A DNA stretch of 64,000 bases from an uncultured Gemmataceae bacterium (GCA_963750165.1 CAVVPN010000011.1:2016001-2080000); one strand, 5' to 3'; shown: positions 21,770 through 31,976, numbered from the stretch's first letter. Translations and numbers: made by a program. Notes: a model not told the origin generated them from the letters alone.

Positions 21770-23263
21770 ATGGCTACCCCCACCGCTGACATCGGCCTGA
21801 TCGGTCTGGCCGTCATGGGCGAAAACCTCGTGCTGAACATGGAGAGCCACGGCTATACAGTGGCCGTGTTCAACCGCACCACCGCCCGCGTCGATGCCTT
21901 CCTGGCCGGCCGCGCCAAAGGCAAAAAAATCATCGGCTGCCACACCGTCAAGGAGCTGGTAGCCGCGCTGAAGAAGCCGCGCAAGGTGATGATTATGGTC
22001 AAGGCCGGCCCGGCGGTCGATCAGGTCATCGAGGAGGTGGCGCCGCTGCTGGAACCCGGCGACATCCTCATCGACGGCGGCAACACCCACTACCCGGACA
22101 CCACGCGGCGCACGCAGGCGCTGAAGCAGCGCGGCCTGCTGTTCATCGGCACCGGCGTCTCCGGCGGCGAGGAGGGGGCGCTGAAAGGGCCGTCGATCAT
22201 GCCGGGCGGCGACCCCGCGGCGTGGCCTCACGTCAAGCCGATCTTCCAGGCCATCGCGGCGCAGGCGCCGGACGGTTCGCCCTGCTGCGACTGGGTCGGC
22301 GCCGAGGGGGCCGGCCATTACGTCAAGATGGTTCACAACGGCATCGAGTACGGCGACATGCAGCTCATCTGCGAGGCGTACCACCTGCTGAGCGGCCTGG
22401 GCGGGGTGACCGCGGACGCGCTGCATCAGGTCTTCGACCGCTGGAACAAGGGGCCGCTGGATAGTTATCTGATCGAGATCACGCGCGACATCTTCGGCTA
22501 CAAGGATCCCGAGACCGGCAAGCCGCTGGTGGACATGATCCTGGATGCCGCGGGTCAGAAGGGCACCGGCAAGTGGATGGTCGGCTCCGCCACGGACCTG
22601 GGCGTGCCGCTGACGCTCATCACCGAGGCGGTGTTCGCGCGCTGCCTGTCGGCGCAGAAGGATGAGCGCATCGCCGCGGCGAAGGTGCTGCACGGGCCGG
22701 CCGCTTCTCCCCTCGCTCCCCATGGGGGGAGAGGGGTCGGGGGCGAGGGGGGTACGGAGGCGTTTATCAAGGACGTGGAGATGGCCCTGTACGCCAGCAA
22801 GATCGGCTCGTACGCCCAGGGTTTCGCGCTGCTGAACGCGATGGCGAAGGAGACGGGCTGGACGATCAACAACGGCGCGGTGGCGCTGATGTGGCGCGGC
22901 GGCTGCATCATCCGCAGCGCCTTCCTCGGCAAGATCAAGGAGGCGTTCGACCGCAATCCGCAGCTGACGAACCTGCTGGTCGATCCGTACTTCGCCGGCG
23001 AGGTGGAGCGCGCCCAGGCGGGTTGGCGGCGGGCGGTCGGCGCCGGCGTGTCCCACGGCGTGCCGCTGCCGGCGATGAGCGCGGCCCTGGCGTACTTCGA
23101 CGGCTACCGCAGCGCCCGGCTGCCGGCCAACCTGTTGCAGGCCCAGCGCGACTACTTCGGCGCCCACACCTATGAGCGCGTCGATAAGCCGCGCGGTCAG
23201 TTCTTCCACACGAACTGGACTGGTCGCGGCGGCACCACCGCCTCGACGACGTATAACGTGTGA
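21770..23263 (+). CDS. gndA: NADP-dependent 6-phosphogluconate dehydrogenase, long form
   Basis: GLAVMGENL, FNRT, GVSGGEEGA, VKMVHNGIEYGDMQ, WRGGCII, QAQRDYFGAHTY. Confidence 0.98.
   Translation: MATPTADIGLIGLAVMGENLVLNMESHGYTVAVFNRTTARVDAFLAGRAKGKKIIGCHTVKELVAALKKPRKVMIMVKAGPAVDQVIEEVAPLLEPGDILIDGGNTHYPDTTRRTQALKQRGLLFIGTGVSGGEEGALKGPSIMPGGDPAAWPHVKPIFQAIAAQAPDGSPCCDWVGAEGAGHYVKMVHNGIEYGDMQLICEAYHLLSGLGGVTADALHQVFDRWNKGPLDSYLIEITRDIFGYKDPETGKPLVDMILDAAGQKGTGKWMVGSATDLGVPLTLITEAVFARCLSAQKDERIAAAKVLHGPAASPLAPHGGRGVGGEGGTEAFIKDVEMALYASKIGSYAQGFALLNAMAKETGWTINNGAVALMWRGGCIIRSAFLGKIKEAFDRNPQLTNLLVDPYFAGEVERAQAGWRRAVGAGVSHGVPLPAMSAALAYFDGYRSARLPANLLQAQRDYFGAHTYERVDKPRGQFFHTNWTGRGGTTASTTYNV
22706..22752. 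repeat. Palindromic repeat inside the gndA reading frame
   Basis: tctcccctcgctccccatggggggagaggggtcgggggcgagggggg, read as SPLAPHGGRGVGGEGG. Confidence 0.78.
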
Positions 23264-23343
23264 GCCGAAACAGGAGCTCGCAGTGCAAGCAAGGGCCAAC
23301 GTTTCAACCCTTGCTTGTGCCGCGGACTCCCTGGTGAGCAGTG

Positions 23344-23802
23344 TCAATAACCCAGCGTGAACGTCTGGGCGTTGCCCTCATAAAAGAATGTACAGAGGTT
23401 GAGCACGACGCGGCCGATCAGGGCTTGATATCCCAGGTGAGCAACCAGCGTCTTATCAACGACGGGCAAGGTGGATCGAATCAAATGGTCGCGGCGGTTC
23501 CCCGAAGGGTGCAGGATGGTCAGACTCACGTCGTACTGGAGGGCAAAAGAAATTGCACCGCTGCTTGGGTCAGCGACGATGGCAGCCGTCGGAACCTGCC
23601 CGGCCAGGAACGGCAAGTGCCGCGTATCGATAAAGGTCACGTCCGCTCCGCTGTCGATCAGATTGCGCAGGAGGATCGGTTGGAGGACAGCGCCTCCTTG
23701 CCCTGCCTGGCGCAACGTCGCCGCTCGGGTGCCGCTCACCGCGACCGACAGTTGAACCACGGGACCGACACTGGGATCAAAAGGCGAAGTGAAGAACGGC
23801 AT
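23344..23802 (-). CDS. Retropepsin-like (clan AA) aspartyl protease
   Basis: LIDSGADVT and ALIGR motifs. Confidence 0.8.
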   Translation of the reverse strand: MPFFTSPFDPSVGPVVQLSVAVSGTRAATLRQAGQGGAVLQPILLRNLIDSGADVTFIDTRHLPFLAGQVPTAAIVADPSSGAISFALQYDVSLTILHPSGNRRDHLIRSTLPVVDKTLVAHLGYQALIGRVVLNLCTFFYEGNAQTFTLGY

Positions 23803-23804
23803 GG

Positions 23805-24176
23805 TTAGCCCAGTGGATCCGGCGCAATTTTCTTCACCAGGAACGGCGTAAAACGAACTTTATCCTTGACGGGAACCCTAAAGGAAGGCCCGCTATAGGA
23901 CCCCTTGCCGAAACCGGCCACGGCAGACGCACAGCTTTCGGCGGCTCGCATCGCCTCCTCCAACTCGGCGCACGGTTTCGCCTGAGCTGCGGACTGCTCT
24001 ACCACCTCGATCACTCGCTCAAACACCTCCAGAAGTTGCGGGTGAGGTTGATCCCAAAACCGGCGCAACAACGGCTGGACCCGACGTCCACACCTGGCGG
24101 CAAATGCCACCCGCGCCCAACGAGGTAACTGTCGCAGGTCTGCTTCCGTTAGCGGTTGCGTCTGCACCACGGGCAT
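23805..24176 (-). CDS. Hypothetical protein, possibly truncated or chimeric
   Basis: GAGGA RBS; LPRWARVAFAARCGRRVQPL helical start; stops 2 nt before the protease ATG. Confidence 0.55.
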   Translation of the reverse strand: MPVVQTQPLTEADLRQLPRWARVAFAARCGRRVQPLLRRFWDQPHPQLLEVFERVIEVVEQSAAQAKPCAELEEAMRAAESCASAVAGFGKGSYSGPSFRVPVKDKVRFTPFLVKKIAPDPLG

Positions 24177-24419
24177 GTTCTTCCTCCGTCGCAATGCAAT
24201 GTTCGGCCGTCAGCCCTTCCTCTGATACCTCCCACTTAACGATTATCGCCCGGTGTGTAAATGCAACGGGCCGCTTACTGCATCCGGCCCCAGGCCGCTG
24301 GCTTTTGCGGCCCAGTCCCCACGCTGGGCACGGGCTTTGCAACGGATTGTCCTGGAAGACTGCTGGGACAGGTCGGCACAGGGCTGGCCACGACCGGGAG
24401 ACAGACGAGGAGGTGCGTG

Positions 24420-24620
24420 ATGGCGACTCACCAGAGCAAGGTGCCGCCGGACGAGGTGGTGCGGCGCGATTTCGAGACGGGCACCGTCCAGCCGGGGCCA
24501 GGCATGGCGCCCGAGAAGCCGCCCGCCGAGGACGAACTGGAGTACGCGGCGAAGCACGGCCAGACGGGCACGAACCCGGCCGGCAAGCAGGACCAGGGCA
24601 AGCCAGCGTCCGGCGGCTGA
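24420..24620 (+). CDS. Small hydrophilic hypothetical protein
   Basis: GAGGAGG RBS then MATHQSKV..., 66 aa; followed by a hairpin. Confidence 0.65.
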   Translation: MATHQSKVPPDEVVRRDFETGTVQPGPGMAPEKPPAEDELEYAAKHGQTGTNPAGKQDQGKPASGG

Positions 24621-24638
24621 TCGGCGTGCCAAAAACGA

Positions 24639-24669
24639 CCGCCGCCGCGCGGGGGCTGCGCGGCGGCGG
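24639..24669. terminator. GC hairpin between convergent genes, probable terminator
   Basis: ccgccgccgcgc-gggggct-gcgcggcggcgg with an A run just to the left. Confidence 0.6.
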
Positions 24670-24685
24670 GCGTCTCGTCAGAATG

Positions 24686-25153
24686 TCACTTGATCTTCAA
24701 CGCCGTTTGCAGGTCCTGGTAGGCGTTGGTGACGTGGGTTTGGGCGGTGACGTGATGCTTGGCGGTGGCACCGGACATCTGCGTATGCACGGTCTGCAGG
24801 ATTTGCATGGCCTGTTGCAGGTGCTTGTCGGACACAGACTGCGGCTGGTTGTTGCTCCCCGAGACGGGCGGCAACTTCGGGTGCTTGTGCTTGGGCTCCA
24901 GGGCGTGGATCGCCTGGCGGATCTGATGAGCGGCCTTGGCGCGGTAGCCGTTGTAATCGTGATCGGCGTTATGCACCAGCGTCCGCGCACGCACCAGCTC
25001 CTGCACCAGCTGGGCGTTCACAAGGTTGTTGTTCTTCTTCTTTTTCTGGCCGCCCTTCTGCATTGCGCCGGCGTCACCAGCCAGGACGGCGCTTACGGCC
25101 AGCGTCAGCGCCGTAACCGCCACCACGATCAACCGCCGAGAAATGGATCGCAT
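24686..25153 (-). CDS. Secreted helical His-rich hypothetical protein
   Basis: Signal peptide; ADHDYNGYRAKA and QPQSVSD motifs; GGAG RBS. Confidence 0.78.
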   Translation of the reverse strand: MRSISRRLIVVAVTALTLAVSAVLAGDAGAMQKGGQKKKKNNNLVNAQLVQELVRARTLVHNADHDYNGYRAKAAHQIRQAIHALEPKHKHPKLPPVSGSNNQPQSVSDKHLQQAMQILQTVHTQMSGATAKHHVTAQTHVTNAYQDLQTALKIK

Positions 25154-25407
25154 GTCGTGTCTCCTTGAAACAGACCTCTCGATGGAATTGTGCCTCTTCG
25201 TCCCGGTTGCACCATAACCGGCCGTTGCGCGGAGGGGATGACGGGTAAGACCTCCACCGAGCGGCCCGCTTCCAGACGATGACCATTAAACGCGGATTCC
25301 CTGGGAAAAGTTCCGCCAAACCGAGGAATTTCTGGCCGACTTCGCCGCCAGGCAATTTTGATACAATGCCTCGGTAACCCCGCATTCCTCCAACCCGCGA
25401 GACCGCC

Positions 25408-26142
25408 ATGCGCACCAGAGCTGCCTGTATCGCCGTCCTGCTGACCCTCGCCGCCGGCGCGGCCGGCGCCGGCGAACCGAAGTGGAAGCACCTGCTGGGC
25501 GACAACCTCAATGCGTTCAAGCAGCCCGTCGGCACCTGGATTCAGGCCGCAAGCGTCACCCTTGACAAGAATAATCCAAAAAAGCTCGTCGCCAAGCCGG
25601 GCAAGGGCATCTGGGTCAACGGCCCGGGCGGCAAGACGCGCGACCTCATCACCAAGGAGTTCTTCGGAGATGTGGAAGTCCACGTCGAGTTCCTGATCCC
25701 CAGGGGCTCCAACTCCGGCGTCAAGCTGGAAGGGCTGTATGAGATTCAGATCCTCGACACGCACGGCGCCAAAAAGTTGAGCGGCGATTCCTGCGGCGGC
25801 ATCTACCCGCGGGCCGAGCTGAGGCCGAAGTATCATCACATCGACAAGGGCATTCCGCCGAAGGTCAACGCCGCCAGGCCGGCAGGCGAATGGCAGACGC
25901 TGGACATCATTTTCGTGGCGCCGAAGTTTGACGCCAGCGGCAAGAAGGTCGCCAACGCCCGCTTCGTCAAGGTGGTGCTCAACGGCCAGGTGGTTCACGA
26001 CAACGTGGAGCTGCTGACGCCGACCGGCAACAACTACACGCGGCCGGAGATCGCCACGGGGCCGATCTTGTTGCAGGCGGACCACGGGCCAGTGGCGTTT
26101 CGCGATGTGCGTGTGCGGCCGTACCTGCCGGAGAAGAAGTGA
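25408..26142 (+). CDS. DUF1080 (3-keto-disaccharide hydrolase family) protein
   Basis: GSNSGV, YEIQILD, GEWQTLDI, GPILLQADHGPVAFRD. Confidence 0.93.
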   Translation: MRTRAACIAVLLTLAAGAAGAGEPKWKHLLGDNLNAFKQPVGTWIQAASVTLDKNNPKKLVAKPGKGIWVNGPGGKTRDLITKEFFGDVEVHVEFLIPRGSNSGVKLEGLYEIQILDTHGAKKLSGDSCGGIYPRAELRPKYHHIDKGIPPKVNAARPAGEWQTLDIIFVAPKFDASGKKVANARFVKVVLNGQVVHDNVELLTPTGNNYTRPEIATGPILLQADHGPVAFRDVRVRPYLPEKK

Positions 26143-26761
26143 GCGTCCGCGGAACGCCCTCCGTGGCGTTGTGACGGCGTTCAAAGATCCTGTCTGTCGG
26201 GCAGGGGAGAAGGTTCCACCAGCCAGGTGGTAGTGTGTTCGATGAGCACGACATCCTGATTGGCGACCTGTTTTTGTTCGAGGATCCAGCGCAGTTGCCG
26301 GAAAAAGTCCTTTGCCTCCTCGGTCTGAGGTGTGTACAGGACCATCAGCGTGTGGCGGTCAATAATCGGCCGTTCCGCTCCCGGCGGGGCCCAGGAGCCG
26401 TACCAGGGGGATGCCCCTCAGCGGAGGCTTCGGTATAGCCCGCGAAGCAGGCATGAAACAATTCGGCCAGCAGTTCGCGGTGCGCGCCGGTGAACACCTC
26501 CCGGCCCTCCGAAAGTGAAGGCAGGTGCACGGCGGGCATCGACCGTCCCTCCCAAAGAATGGTTTGTAGAGGCTCAACTCCCATGATCGTACAGAATACT
26601 GCCGCAGGCGCAACAGCGGAACGGCGCGTGCCTGCCGTTGCTCCTTCTCCGCGCGCCGATTTGACAAGCCCCCGCCGCTGGCCAATGCTTGCACATCGGA
26701 AGTGTTGCGCTCCCCCCGTGCCGAATCGCCTACACGGAGCTTCGCCGTACAAGGATCACGC

Positions 26762-28153
26762 ATGTCAGGCAGTTGTCTTGCCCTGGTCGCTGACGATCCG
26801 CAACTGGCCGAAGCTGTCCAGGCGCACCTGCGCCAGTACCTGGGTCAGCCGGCATTCCACTGCTCGTTCGACCGCATCCGTGACCACCTCAGCCACGACA
26901 CCGACGGCGTGCTGCTCCTGGCCGCCGGTTCGCCACGCGACTACCCGCCGCTGCTCCGGCTCATCCGCGACATCAACCTGCAAAAACTGCCGCCGCACCT
27001 GGTCGTGATCCTGGCCGCGGAGGGCGTCGGCGACGGCCTGGCGGCCCTGGAGCCGTACGTCACCCGCCAGCTGCGCTGGCCCGCGGACGCCGCAGTGCTC
27101 GTGCAGCTCGTCAAGGAGCGCGGCCGCCGCGGTCGGGAGTTTATCGGCACACACAACGAACCCCTTGAAGAAGTCCTGAGCCGACGCCTGCTGGCGCAAA
27201 CGCCGTCCCTGCTGCCGCTGGCCGAGCGCATCGCCCTGGCGGCCACCCATGATGTGACTGTGCTGCTCAACGGCGAGACCGGCACCGGCAAGACATTCCT
27301 GGCCCGGCTCGTTCACGAGCATTCGCCGCGCAAGCAGTACCGCTTCCTGACGGTGCCGTGCGGCGCCATCGCTGCCAACCTGATCGAGAGTGAATTTTTC
27401 GGCCACGCCAGGGGGGCGTTCACCGGCGCGGATCGGTCGAAGGTCGGCAAATTCTCGGCGGTCGGCGACGGCACGCTCTTGCTGGACGAGATCGACACAC
27501 TCGGCCTGGAACAGCAGGCGACGCTGCTGCGCGTCATCGAAACGGGCGAATTCGAGCCGGTCGGCAGCATCGATACGCAGCGCTGCACGGCCCGGCTGAT
27601 CGTCGCCAGCAACCTCAACCTGGAAGAGGCGGTGGAGCGCGGCAAGTTCCGCGCGGACCTGTATTTCCGGCTGAACGTGATGTCGTTCCACCTGCCGCCA
27701 CTGCGCGAGCGCGTGCAGGACATCGCGCCGCTGGCGCGCGGCATGGCGGCGCGCTTCAACCTGAAGTTCAACAAGGAACTGTTCGATCTGAGCCCGGAGG
27801 CGCTGGCGGCGCTGGAGTTGTTCCCCTGGCCGGGCAACATCCGCCAGCTGGAGAACGTGATTCAGCACGCGGTGCTGGTGAGCAGCGGCCCGGAACTGCT
27901 GGTGCAGCACCTGCCGCAGCCGTTGCAGGACCACGCGGTGTTGAACCAGGGCCAGGCGCCGCCGGCGCCCGCCGACTCGCTGCACCAGCAGCGCGACCTG
28001 ATCGAACGCAACGTCATCCAGCGGGCGTTGGCCAACCATGGCTACAGCCGCGCCCGCGCCGCCGATGCCCTCGGTATCAGCCGTGTCACGCTCTACAAGA
28101 AGATGAAAAAGTACGGGCTGATGACCACCCCCGTGCATCCGGCGCGGGCATAG
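26762..28153 (+). CDS. Sigma-54-dependent Fis-family activator
   Basis: GETGTGKT, ESEFFGHARGAFTGA, LLDEI, WPGNIRQL, C-terminal HTH; N-terminus looks like a degenerate receiver. Confidence 0.95.
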   Translation: MSGSCLALVADDPQLAEAVQAHLRQYLGQPAFHCSFDRIRDHLSHDTDGVLLLAAGSPRDYPPLLRLIRDINLQKLPPHLVVILAAEGVGDGLAALEPYVTRQLRWPADAAVLVQLVKERGRRGREFIGTHNEPLEEVLSRRLLAQTPSLLPLAERIALAATHDVTVLLNGETGTGKTFLARLVHEHSPRKQYRFLTVPCGAIAANLIESEFFGHARGAFTGADRSKVGKFSAVGDGTLLLDEIDTLGLEQQATLLRVIETGEFEPVGSIDTQRCTARLIVASNLNLEEAVERGKFRADLYFRLNVMSFHLPPLRERVQDIAPLARGMAARFNLKFNKELFDLSPEALAALELFPWPGNIRQLENVIQHAVLVSSGPELLVQHLPQPLQDHAVLNQGQAPPAPADSLHQQRDLIERNVIQRALANHGYSRARAADALGISRVTLYKKMKKYGLMTTPVHPARA

Positions 28154-28181
28154 TCAAAAGTCAGCAGTCAGGAGTCAGAGG

Positions 28182-29264
28182 TCAGCGCTGGATGCGCGCC
28201 GAGCCGCCGGCGGCGAAGGCACGCACCTGTTCCAGCGTCGCCATGGTCGTGTCTCCGGGGAACGTCGTCAGCAGTGCCCCGTGTGCCCAGCCCAGCTTGA
28301 GCGCCTCCTCCGCCGATTCGCCGTTCATCAGACCGTAGAAGAACCCCGCCGCGAAGCCGTCGCCGCCGCCCACGCGGTCGTATACGTCCAGGTCGCAGGT
28401 CAGCGACACGTGCGTCTTGCCGCCCACCCAGGCCACCGCGCCCCACTGATGCCGGTTGGTCGAGTGGACCTCGCGAAGCGTCGTCGCCACGACCTTCACC
28501 TGCGGATACAGCTTGACCACCTGGTCGATCATGCCGAAGAACGCGGTCGGGTCGAGCTTCGACTTCGACGCCACCTCCGGCCCGGCGACGCCGAGGCCCT
28601 TTTGCAGATCCTCCTCGTTGCCGACCAGCACGTCCACATGAGCCATGATGCGACGGATGACCTCGTGGGCGCGCTGCAGGCCGCCGCTGATCTTCCAGAG
28701 CTTTTCGCGGAAGTTCAGGTCAAAGGACACCACCGCCCCGGCCGCCTTCGCCGCCTGCATGCCCTCGACGATGACCTCCGGCGTCGTCGCCGACAGCGCC
28801 GCGAAAATGCCGCCGCTGTGGAACCAGCGCACCCCGGCACCGAAGACCGCCGGCCAGTCGAAATCGCCCGGCTTGAGCCGGGCCGCCGCCTCGTTGGCGC
28901 GGTTGTAGAAGACCACCGGAGCGCGAACGCCGTGGCCGCGGTCGCTGTAGACCGTGGCCATGTTCGGCCCGGTGACGCCATCGTGGATGAAGTGCTTGTA
29001 GAACGGCCGCACGCCCATGGCCCGGACGCGCTCGGCGATCAACTCGCCAATGGGGTAATCGACCAGCGCGCTGGCGACGCCGGTGTTGAGGCGGAAACAG
29101 TCGGCGAGATTGGCCGCGACGTTGAACTCGCCGCCGCTGACGTGAATCTGGCACTCGTGGGCCTTGCGGAACGGGATGAGGCCCGGGTCGAGGCGGTGGA
29201 CCAGGGCGCCGAGGGCCAGGAAATCGAGGGCGCCGCCCCGGGGGATGTTCAGGTGGGGGTGCAT
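28182..29264 (-). CDS. kdgK: PfkB sugar kinase, KDG kinase-like
   Basis: GGEFNVA, SFDLNFREKLW, GNEED, DRVGGGDGFAAG. Confidence 0.85.
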   Translation of the reverse strand: MHPHLNIPRGGALDFLALGALVHRLDPGLIPFRKAHECQIHVSGGEFNVAANLADCFRLNTGVASALVDYPIGELIAERVRAMGVRPFYKHFIHDGVTGPNMATVYSDRGHGVRAPVVFYNRANEAAARLKPGDFDWPAVFGAGVRWFHSGGIFAALSATTPEVIVEGMQAAKAAGAVVSFDLNFREKLWKISGGLQRAHEVIRRIMAHVDVLVGNEEDLQKGLGVAGPEVASKSKLDPTAFFGMIDQVVKLYPQVKVVATTLREVHSTNRHQWGAVAWVGGKTHVSLTCDLDVYDRVGGGDGFAAGFFYGLMNGESAEEALKLGWAHGALLTTFPGDTTMATLEQVRAFAAGGSARIQR

Positions 29265-29353
29265 GATGCTCTCCAGGTTGGCCGCGGAGTCGTACAGCGT
29301 CGGTGTACGAACCCGGGGCGGCGGCGAACATGGTGCAACCACGGCCCGTGCGG

Positions 29354-29800
29354 CTATTTGTTGCGGGCGGCCTCGTAGTGCGCGATGTACTGCTCTGGCG
29401 TCGTCCAGGCCACCAACCTGGCGATGGTCTCCAGCGGCAGGTCTTCCAGCTTGCGGAAGCGGACACAGGATTTGCCCATGTCGAGCTTCTTGCCGGCCTT
29501 CTTGAAAGCGTCCTGGAGGAGCGCCAGCTGTTTGGGGTCGCCGTGGACGCCCGTGAGGTAGATCGAGAAGTAATGCTTCTGGGCGGCCAGGGCGACGTAA
29601 CTGAGGGGCTGGCCGTTGTAGGTGTCCGGGTAGCGCTCCAGTGGGATTTCGTAGCAGATGGCGCCCCAGTTGATGGCCTCGCGATAGCCTTTGGGCAGAT
29701 GGCGCAGGATCAGGTCGCGGACGGCGGACACGATGGCCCGGCGATCTTCGGGGAGCGCGTCGAGGTACTCGGCAACGGTGGCGGCCTTGTTCTTGAACAT
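29354..29800 (-). CDS. DUF1801 (YdhG-like) protein
   Basis: TVAEYLDALPEDRR, YPDTYNGQPL, LAAQKHY, LDMGKSCVRF. Confidence 0.92.
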   Translation of the reverse strand: MFKNKAATVAEYLDALPEDRRAIVSAVRDLILRHLPKGYREAINWGAICYEIPLERYPDTYNGQPLSYVALAAQKHYFSIYLTGVHGDPKQLALLQDAFKKAGKKLDMGKSCVRFRKLEDLPLETIARLVAWTTPEQYIAHYEAARNK

Positions 29801-29840
29801 GCGGAACCTCTCGGACGAGTGGCGCTGGGAATCGCCAGCT

Positions 29841-29906
29841 GGCGGCGGCTGTCTAATCAAGGGAGCCAAGGGAGCCAAGGGAGCCAACTTTTTCACACGT
29901 CGAGAA
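29841..29906 (+). repeat. Dispersed repeat, single-unit copy C
   Basis: caa(gggagccaa)x3 ctttttcacacgtcgagaat. Confidence 0.85.
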
Positions 29907-30080
29907 TGTCATCCCCTGGCACTCGCAACTGCTGTGCAAGGCCGCCGCGGAAGTGTACCCGATCCTGAGCCGGAGGCCAACGAGCGGACGGCCACTTCGC
30001 AAATGTCCTTGTGGATTTTGGTAAACTTGCCGAGTTCTACCAGAGATTACACGATGAACGGAAGCAGCCAGGACTGCTCA

Positions 30081-30200
30081 TCACGAGTTTTCTTTGCCAA
30101 GAGCCGGCCCGGTGTCCCACTCACGGGGAGGTTCTCGTCCGTCACGCCGCGCAACAACTCGCCGAGCGTGGGCGGGTTCTCGGACGGGCGGCGAATGATG
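30081..30200 (-). pseudogene. 3' remnant of an AbrB/MazE-type antitoxin
   Basis: PTLGELLRGVTDENL then, one frame over, EWDTGPALGKE; resembles the MazE/PemI C-terminus. Confidence 0.6.
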
Positions 30201-30903
30201 CGCAGGTCCGTACACGTCGCCTGGTAACTGGCCTCCAGGTCGAGCGGCACCGAGAAGTCGGCGGCGATCCACAGGGGCAACGTCGGCAGCGGCTGGCCCA
30301 GCGCCATCAGCGCCGGCCAGAGCAGGAGCTTGTTGCGTCGCTTCTTCGCGGCCGACGGCCCGGTAAGACACCGCGGAGAGGTTTGACGGCATTGCGGCGT
30401 CGCCGGTCGTCACGCCCAGGAGGGACAGGATGGCGGCGTTCAGGTCGGCCCGGCGTGTGGTCACGGTGTCCACGACGACAACGCTACTGCCCTGTTGGAG
30501 GTAGCCGACACATTTGACGGCGAACGCTTGCCGGGCCTGGGGGCGGTCCTTGTAACGTGGGCTGACCAGTTCCACCGCGGCCGTCAGGCTCGGGTTGCCG
30601 TCGTCGGCGAACACCTGAACCTCGACGACATCAACCGCGGCTAACTCGACGGCGACCGCCAGACCAGGGGCTGGTGGCGCCCAGGGCTGGGGGCCGGTTC
30701 CGGGGACGGGGGCCTCGTGTTCGCGCAACGCAGCTACGTTGATTTCGATGGGACCATCGCGGTCAACGAGGGGAACGGCGTAATAGCCGTCTGGCAAGAC
30801 CCCCTGGTTGAGCAACCGGGCCATCGCGGCGGCCCAGGCGCCGTGGAAACTGCGCCAGGGGTGTACGGTTCAATGGTGGGTTGAAGTGATCGAGTAGCGG
30901 CAT
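30195..30903 (-). pseudogene. DUF4058 family gene with frameshifts near 30863 and 30330
   Basis: MPLLDHFNPPL, WRSFHGAW, AAVELVSPRYKDR, GQPLPTLPLW, PLDLEASY. Confidence 0.85.
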
Positions 30904-30928
30904 GCCAGGCTCCTCCGACGGATTCGCT

Positions 30929-31261
30929 TCATTTCTTTTTCGGTGGGGATGTGAGCCAATCCATGAGGTTCAAGAGTGGGAAAAGGACCAGAATACCAGC
31001 CGCTGCGCCTCCGGCGGCCACGAAGTAGGGCGGCCCCGGGGTCAATACGCCCATCAGCGAGATGAAAGTCGCCAGGCCGGCAAACACCCGCATCTCGCAA
31101 CTCGGTGCGGCGAGCAACCCGACGATTGCCACCGCTACACACGCCAGGATCGGACTGACGTACGCCGCCAGCAGAAACGTGAGTAAGCCCCCGAGCGCGG
31201 CGGCTAATGCAATTGCCACTAAAACCCCAACCCGCAACAGCCGATCTTTCCGGTCAGCCAC
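30929..31261 (-). CDS. Small membrane protein
   Basis: AGGAG then GTG; about four hydrophobic segments. Confidence 0.6.
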   Translation of the reverse strand: MADRKDRLLRVGVLVAIALAAALGGLLTFLLAAYVSPILACVAVAIVGLLAAPSCEMRVFAGLATFISLMGVLTPGPPYFVAAGGAAAGILVLFPLLNLMDWLTSPPKKK

Positions 31262-31304
31262 GGGCGGCTCCTGATCAGCGAAAAAGAAATCGCATTCCTG
31301 ACGG

Positions 31305-31805
31305 TCACCGTCCCCCAGGCCGTACCTCCACCGTCGCCGACTGCCCGACGTTCTCCTCCACCTCCACGCGCAGCACCTCCGGCCGGTAGTCGTGCTGCCG
31401 CTGCAAATCCTCCAGCAGCCGCCGCGCGATGTACCCCGCCAGCAGTTCGGCCGTCGTGTTCTCAATCGGCAGCAGGATGCAGTCGTCGCGCGGAAACACC
31501 CACTCCCGATCCTTGTAGCGCACGCGCACCGACGCGCCCTCCTCCTGCACGCTGATGAGCGGGTTGCGTGTCGCCAATAGCATGTGGTGGTCGAGGTAGT
31601 CCGTGATGACCTTGGTGCGCTGCTTCAGCGCGATGAAGTCGAAGACGTAGCGGTTGGCGTCCAGCGGTCCTTCGATCTCGACGGTGGCGCGGTAATTGTG
31701 GCCGTGCAACCGCTCGCACCTGTCGCCCTCGTAGCTGATGAAGTGGCCCGAGCAGAAAACCAGATGGTCCTTGGTGACGCGGACCTTGAAGTGCTCTGTC
31801 GCCAT
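31305..31805 (-). CDS. queD: 6-pyruvoyl/6-carboxy-tetrahydropterin synthase family
   Basis: FCSGHF, CERLHGHNY, LDH, NTTAELLA. Confidence 0.88.
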   Translation of the reverse strand: MATEHFKVRVTKDHLVFCSGHFISYEGDRCERLHGHNYRATVEIEGPLDANRYVFDFIALKQRTKVITDYLDHHMLLATRNPLISVQEEGASVRVRYKDREWVFPRDDCILLPIENTTAELLAGYIARRLLEDLQRQHDYRPEVLRVEVEENVGQSATVEVRPGGR

Positions 31806-31919
31806 GACGCGCCCTGGGATTCGACCCACCCGGCGCAGCGGTCGCCCGCACGGGCAATCAAATGGGCCGGGAGGAAGGTTATTGTAGCAACCTCCCTCCC
31901 GGCCCACAATCAAGCGGAA

Positions 31920-31976
31920 GTCCGAGCCCGAGCGCCAGCGAGGAGGCTGGCCCCTCGCTGGCGCTCGGACTCGGAC
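31920..31976. repeat. Palindromic repeat, same family as 6365-6418
   Basis: gtccgagcccgagcgccagcgagg...cctcgctggcgctcggactcggac. Confidence 0.88.

Noticed and set aside
26190..26760. Short ORFs upstream of the sigma-54 activator
   Set aside because: No recognisable motif or convincing RBS; cannot choose a frame.
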